Assembly (NCBI GenBank): GCA_965222225.1 | Contig: CBDCTK010000002.1 | Span: 2,976,001 to 3,040,000 of the forward strand | Source of the DNA: Candidatus Poribacteria bacterium | GTDB taxonomy: Bacteria; Poribacteria; WGA-4E; JAJDTR01 | Direction of reading: 5' to 3' | Length of the DNA: 64,000 bases | Shown: positions 60,561 to 64,000 of the stretch, one piece after another | How the letters are laid out: each line of letters opens with the position of its first letter | Position numbering within the stretch: the first letter of the stretch is position 1 | Translations under genes and position numbers: made by a program | The notes under the pieces: generated by a model | What the model saw: only the letters and a program-made list of their open reading frames with translations | The model's database searches: none | Told to the model about the DNA's origin: nothing

Positions 60561-60635
60561 GCTGGTGTGGCTCAATGGTAGAGCAGGTGATTTGTAATCA
60601 CCAGGTTGGAGGTTCGATTCCTCTCGCCAGCTCCA
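60561..60635 (+). tRNA. tRNA-Thr(TGT)
   Basis: Cloverleaf; anticodon arm ggtga-tt-TGT-aa-tcacc; GTTCGA; encoded CCA. Confidence 0.96.
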
Positions 60636-60647
60636 TACCCACAGCAC

Positions 60648-60730
60648 GGGGAGGTACTCAAGCGGTCAACGAGGGCAGACTGTAAATCTGTTGGCTATTG
60701 CCTACGGAGGTTCGAATCCTCCCCTCCCCA
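60648..60730 (+). tRNA. tRNA-Tyr(GTA)
   Basis: ggggagg/cctcccc acceptor stem; gcaga-ct-GTA-aa-tctgt; long variable arm; no encoded CCA. Confidence 0.96.
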
Positions 60731-60758
60731 TCCTTCCTCCATTCATACTCGACAGCGT

Positions 60759-60831
60759 GCGGGAGTAGCTCAGTTGGTAGAGCATTGGCCTTCCAAGCCG
60801 ATTGTCGCGGGTTCAAGTCCCGTCTCCCGCT
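60759..60831 (+). tRNA. tRNA-Gly(TCC)
   Basis: gcgggag/ctcccgc acceptor stem; ttggc-ct-TCC-aa-gccga. Confidence 0.96.
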
Positions 60832-60928
60832 TCGCCGCGCAACTACTCGGATCCTAGGTTCCGAGTCAAGATTAATCTCCTAGAAGTGGTCACAAAGCTG
60901 TCGTTAGGTGTATAACAAACAACTCGTC

Positions 60929-61019
60929 GGAGAGATGCAGGAGTTGGTTGAACTGGCATGATTGGAAATCATGTGTGCAGGCAACTGTACCGTGGGTTCG
61001 AATCCCACTCTCTCCGCCA
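60929..61019 (+). tRNA. tRNA-Ser(GGA)
   Basis: ggagaga/tctctcc acceptor stem; catga-tt-GGA-aa-tcatg; long variable arm; ends GCCA. Confidence 0.95.
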
Positions 61020-61373
61020 AATTTCACTTTCAGAAGAATTGGAAGGTTGCGCCTCGCGGCGAAGCCGCTCGGCGCGCCATTTTGCCGAGAGAACAAAAGG
61101 ATTTTTCAAACTGATTGCGAGCGTGCGCTCGCCAATGCGGGGGTTCGAACCAATCTTTTTCAGGAAATCCCGACATTGCTCGGGATTTCCTCGCAAAGCG
61201 ATATTTTCGGCTTGGTTGGCCTCTTTTATGAATCGGATCAAACGTTCGAACCGATTATCGCTCTTTCGCTCAAAAGCGGCTAATTTTTCGCGAAGTTCCT
61301 TTTTGCGATTGATGAGCTTATGTTTCTTGTTGGCGTATTCCTCTTGCGAAATCTGATTATCCAATACCATCAC
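60969..61373 (-). pseudogene. C-terminal remnant of a probable large serine recombinase reading into tRNA-Ser
   Basis: LDNQISQEEY coiled coil, RDFLKKIGSN, and WRREWDSNPR, which is encoded antisense to the tRNA 3' end. Confidence 0.6.
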
Positions 61374-61545
61374 GAATCAGAACCCAACCATTGAGACGCT
61401 CACCAAAATTGCGCAAGTGTTTGATGTGAGCGTTGATGATTTACTGCAATAATTATGGTGAAAAATGATTACAAAAACTGGAGCAAAGACGACCTCGTAA
61501 AAGAGATTGATCGCCTGCGAAAGCGTAAGAAATACGGGCTTGTCA
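61370..61545 (+). pseudogene. Fragments of an XRE HTH C-terminus and a Mod-like methyltransferase N-terminus
   Basis: NPTIETLTKIAQVFDVSVDDLLQ-stop, then MVKNDYKNWSKDDLVKEIDRLRKRKKYGLV. Confidence 0.5.
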
Positions 61546-61788
61546 AGGAAGTACGCAGAAAGGCGCGAAGAATTAATGGGTTGGAATCATTTGCCAGACA
61601 CGGACTTCATTGATAAAGTCCAGAAGTTTGAGAAAGAGAGAAAAGACGAAAATCCTATCTTCGTATACACAATCGGTACGAAGAAGAATCGCACTCGCTT
61701 TGAGAAGGTTAAAGGTTGGGTCTTGGCAAACATCAAATTAGATTCTCTGTATACCTGCGGAATCAATTCAGAAATCAATTCTCACTTA

Positions 61789-62737
61789 GAGCCTGTTTGA
61801 AAAGTCCCAAACCGTCTTAGAAAAGGGCTATTTTGGGATAAATGCCTTGAGAGCCTATTTGAAAAAGAAAAAAGTTATCTGAACGGTTGATGTTTACGTT
61901 TACTCATTGGAGCAGTTAAATCTGAACCAGTGAAAGGAGTAAACATGAACCGCAAGCGTTATCCCAGTGATTTGACCGATGCACAATGGGAGAAACTGTC
62001 CTCGTTGCTGCCAGCCCCTCAACCCTTAGGCAGACCTCTAAAATGGGAGATGTGCTTAATCATCAATGCTATCTTTTATGTCGTCAAGTCTGGTTGCCAG
62101 TGGCGAATGCTACTCCATGATATGCCACCGTGGCAAACTGTCTATTACCATTTCAGAAAGTGGCAAGCCGATGACACATGGCTCTTGATTCATCAGGCAC
62201 TTCGCGAACAAACACGTTGTGATGATCGCAAACAACCATCGCCGACAGCAGCTATCATTGAGAGCCAATCCGTTAAGATGACGGAACTGGCGGAGACGAG
62301 CGGATTTGATGGTCACAAGAGGGTCAAAGGACGCAAACGCCATCTGGTAACGGATACGACGGGTATTCCATTGATGGTTAAAGTCACTGATGCCAATGTC
62401 AGTGACAATCAGATAGCTATTGATTTACTAACAGAGGTGTTTAACTGGTACATAACAATTCAGTTGGTGTGCGCCGATGCCGCCTATCGCGGAGAATTAG
62501 AAGACTGGTTATATTTCGCTCATCAGTGTCAACTGGAGATTGCATCTACACTAGGGCAGCAGGGGTTTGAAGTTGTCCCGTTACGATGGATTGTCGAGCG
62601 CACATTTTCTTGGCTTGGTTGGTTTCGCCGATTGACTTTGGATTATGAACGCTATCCTAAGACTGCTGAAACTATGGTGTACATCGCCTCCATCTACTTG
62701 ATGCGAAACCGAATCAAATGACTTTTCAAGCAGGCTC
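61789..62737 (+). mobile_element. IS5-family insertion sequence
   Basis: TIRs gagcctgtttgaaaagtc and gacttttcaagcaggctc; TA on both flanks. Confidence 0.92.
61945..62721 (+). CDS. IS5-family transposase
   Basis: YPSDLTDAQW, GCQWRML, KGRKRH, ADAAY and RWIVERTFSW motifs. Confidence 0.93.
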   Translation: MNRKRYPSDLTDAQWEKLSSLLPAPQPLGRPLKWEMCLIINAIFYVVKSGCQWRMLLHDMPPWQTVYYHFRKWQADDTWLLIHQALREQTRCDDRKQPSPTAAIIESQSVKMTELAETSGFDGHKRVKGRKRHLVTDTTGIPLMVKVTDANVSDNQIAIDLLTEVFNWYITIQLVCADAAYRGELEDWLYFAHQCQLEIASTLGQQGFEVVPLRWIVERTFSWLGWFRRLTLDYERYPKTAETMVYIASIYLMRNRIK

Positions 62738-62749
62738 TAAGGAGTAAAT

Positions 62750-64000
62750 ATGTCGGAAAAATCACATTACAATCGGGGCTCAGAATGGAGAAAATGGGAT
62801 TTGCAAATTCAGCCGATTAAGGATGCGTGGTTTTGTGATTTGGAAAACAAATGTGTTGAGATAAAAAATGCAACAGAAGAATATCTCAGAGTAGCTGTTG
62901 AAAAAGAAATCTCAGTTGTAGCAGTTACAGATCACAACTGCGGTTTAGCAATTGATGCGGCTTTAGAGATCATAGAGGCGGATATTCTTGATATAACGGT
63001 ATTGCCCGGCGTAGAGATTGATGTTCAAGTTGGATACCAGCTTATTGTTATTATCAATCCGACTTATAAGAAAAAAATTCAAAAGCAAACATGGAAAGAA
63101 ACAATTGAACACTTTTTGAATCATGTTTGTGAATTATCATCTCCTGTGATCAACGAACAAGGGCAAGCAGAATCAATCAACGGAGACATCCATAAAGTTT
63201 TAGAGAAAATTTGCAATGAAGACATTGGCTTACCTTTATTTGCTCATTGTCAGAGTGACAAAGGTTTATTCAATAAAACAAAAGGTGCAATAAGAAGAAA
63301 ATACTTCACAAATTCTCTAGAGGGTAAATACTATTTTGTTCTTGATCATAAATCTGATGCGAATATTACGAAAACGAAAGAAACTATAGAGCATTGGAGT
63401 GTTGATGTAAATAAATTTGCTTACATAAGAACTTCGGACGCTCATCAAGCTTCTGCCGTTGGCGATAGATTTTCATGGATCAAGGCAGACCCGACATACA
63501 ACGGACTAAAACAAATTATTTACGAACCAGTCGAAAGAGTCAACAATCAGGCAGATAATCCATCTTTTGAATACAACAAGCCATATTTTACACAAGTTGA
63601 TATTGAAGCCAAAACAGCAATTTTCGACGAGGACAAAGATCAGGTTTATTTCTGTAAAAAAACACTACCACTTAACAAAAATCTAGTAGCGATGATTGGC
63701 GGTAGAGGAACAGGTAAAAGTATGCTTGTCGATTATTGGGCGAGCATTTTTACAAATAATGTCCCTAATGGACGATATTCTTCGGATGGTAATTTTTCTG
63801 TAGAATATGCCAAAGATAATATAATGGAACCAACAACGGAAACATACAACGGTGATAACACAAACTATCTTGATTTTATTTACATTCCACAAACTCAACT
63901 AAAAGAGATATCAAGCAAAGAAAGGATCGAACAAGAAGTTAAGAAATTGCTGGATTTGGAAATTTGTATTTTTCACAAGACTTAAATGATGAAATACAGA
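62750..64000 (+). CDS. PHP-domain plus ATPase protein (TrlF/Ppl-like); apparent frameshift near 63960, and continues past the window edge
   Basis: GSEWRKWDL, VTDHN, PGVEI and SDAH motifs; Walker A GGRGTGKS. Confidence 0.8.

Overview
Bacterial genomic DNA, about 55% GC by eye and more AT-rich at roughly 28-30 kb and after 61 kb. The gene repertoire strongly suggests Candidatus Poribacteria (inference): many PhyH dioxygenases, GH32-like beta-propellers, LamG and beta-propeller proteins ending in a GK-x-ATTWG-x-hK motif, and a WD40+dockerin+YPNPFN protein. The window holds a defence-like S8 peptidase / ATPase / nuclease-like block at the left end, catabolic genes (propeller hydrolases, SDR, GH172, aldolase, AKR, an E1a-E1b-E2 dehydrogenase operon), hicBA, bamA, two mscS genes, hsp20, a cation-chloride cotransporter, four tRNAs, and an integrated island at tRNA-Ser carrying IS5 and a PHP-ATPase. 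Main hidden signals: (1) a candidate selenoprotein the ORF track truncates, with signal peptide, CxxU and a SECIS-like hairpin fused to an outer-membrane barrel (31561-30509); (2) five sigma-54 promoters, four of them in front of secreted/surface or repeat-protein genes with shared NtrC-like enhancer sites; (3) an IS5-derived MITE inserted in frame that forms protein N-termini; (4) a second in-frame UGA in a LamG protein; (5) a dense mosaic intergenic repeat family alongside several REP families. Several frameshifts fall in homopolymers and may be assembly errors. All protein family calls come from motif recognition by eye, not database searches.
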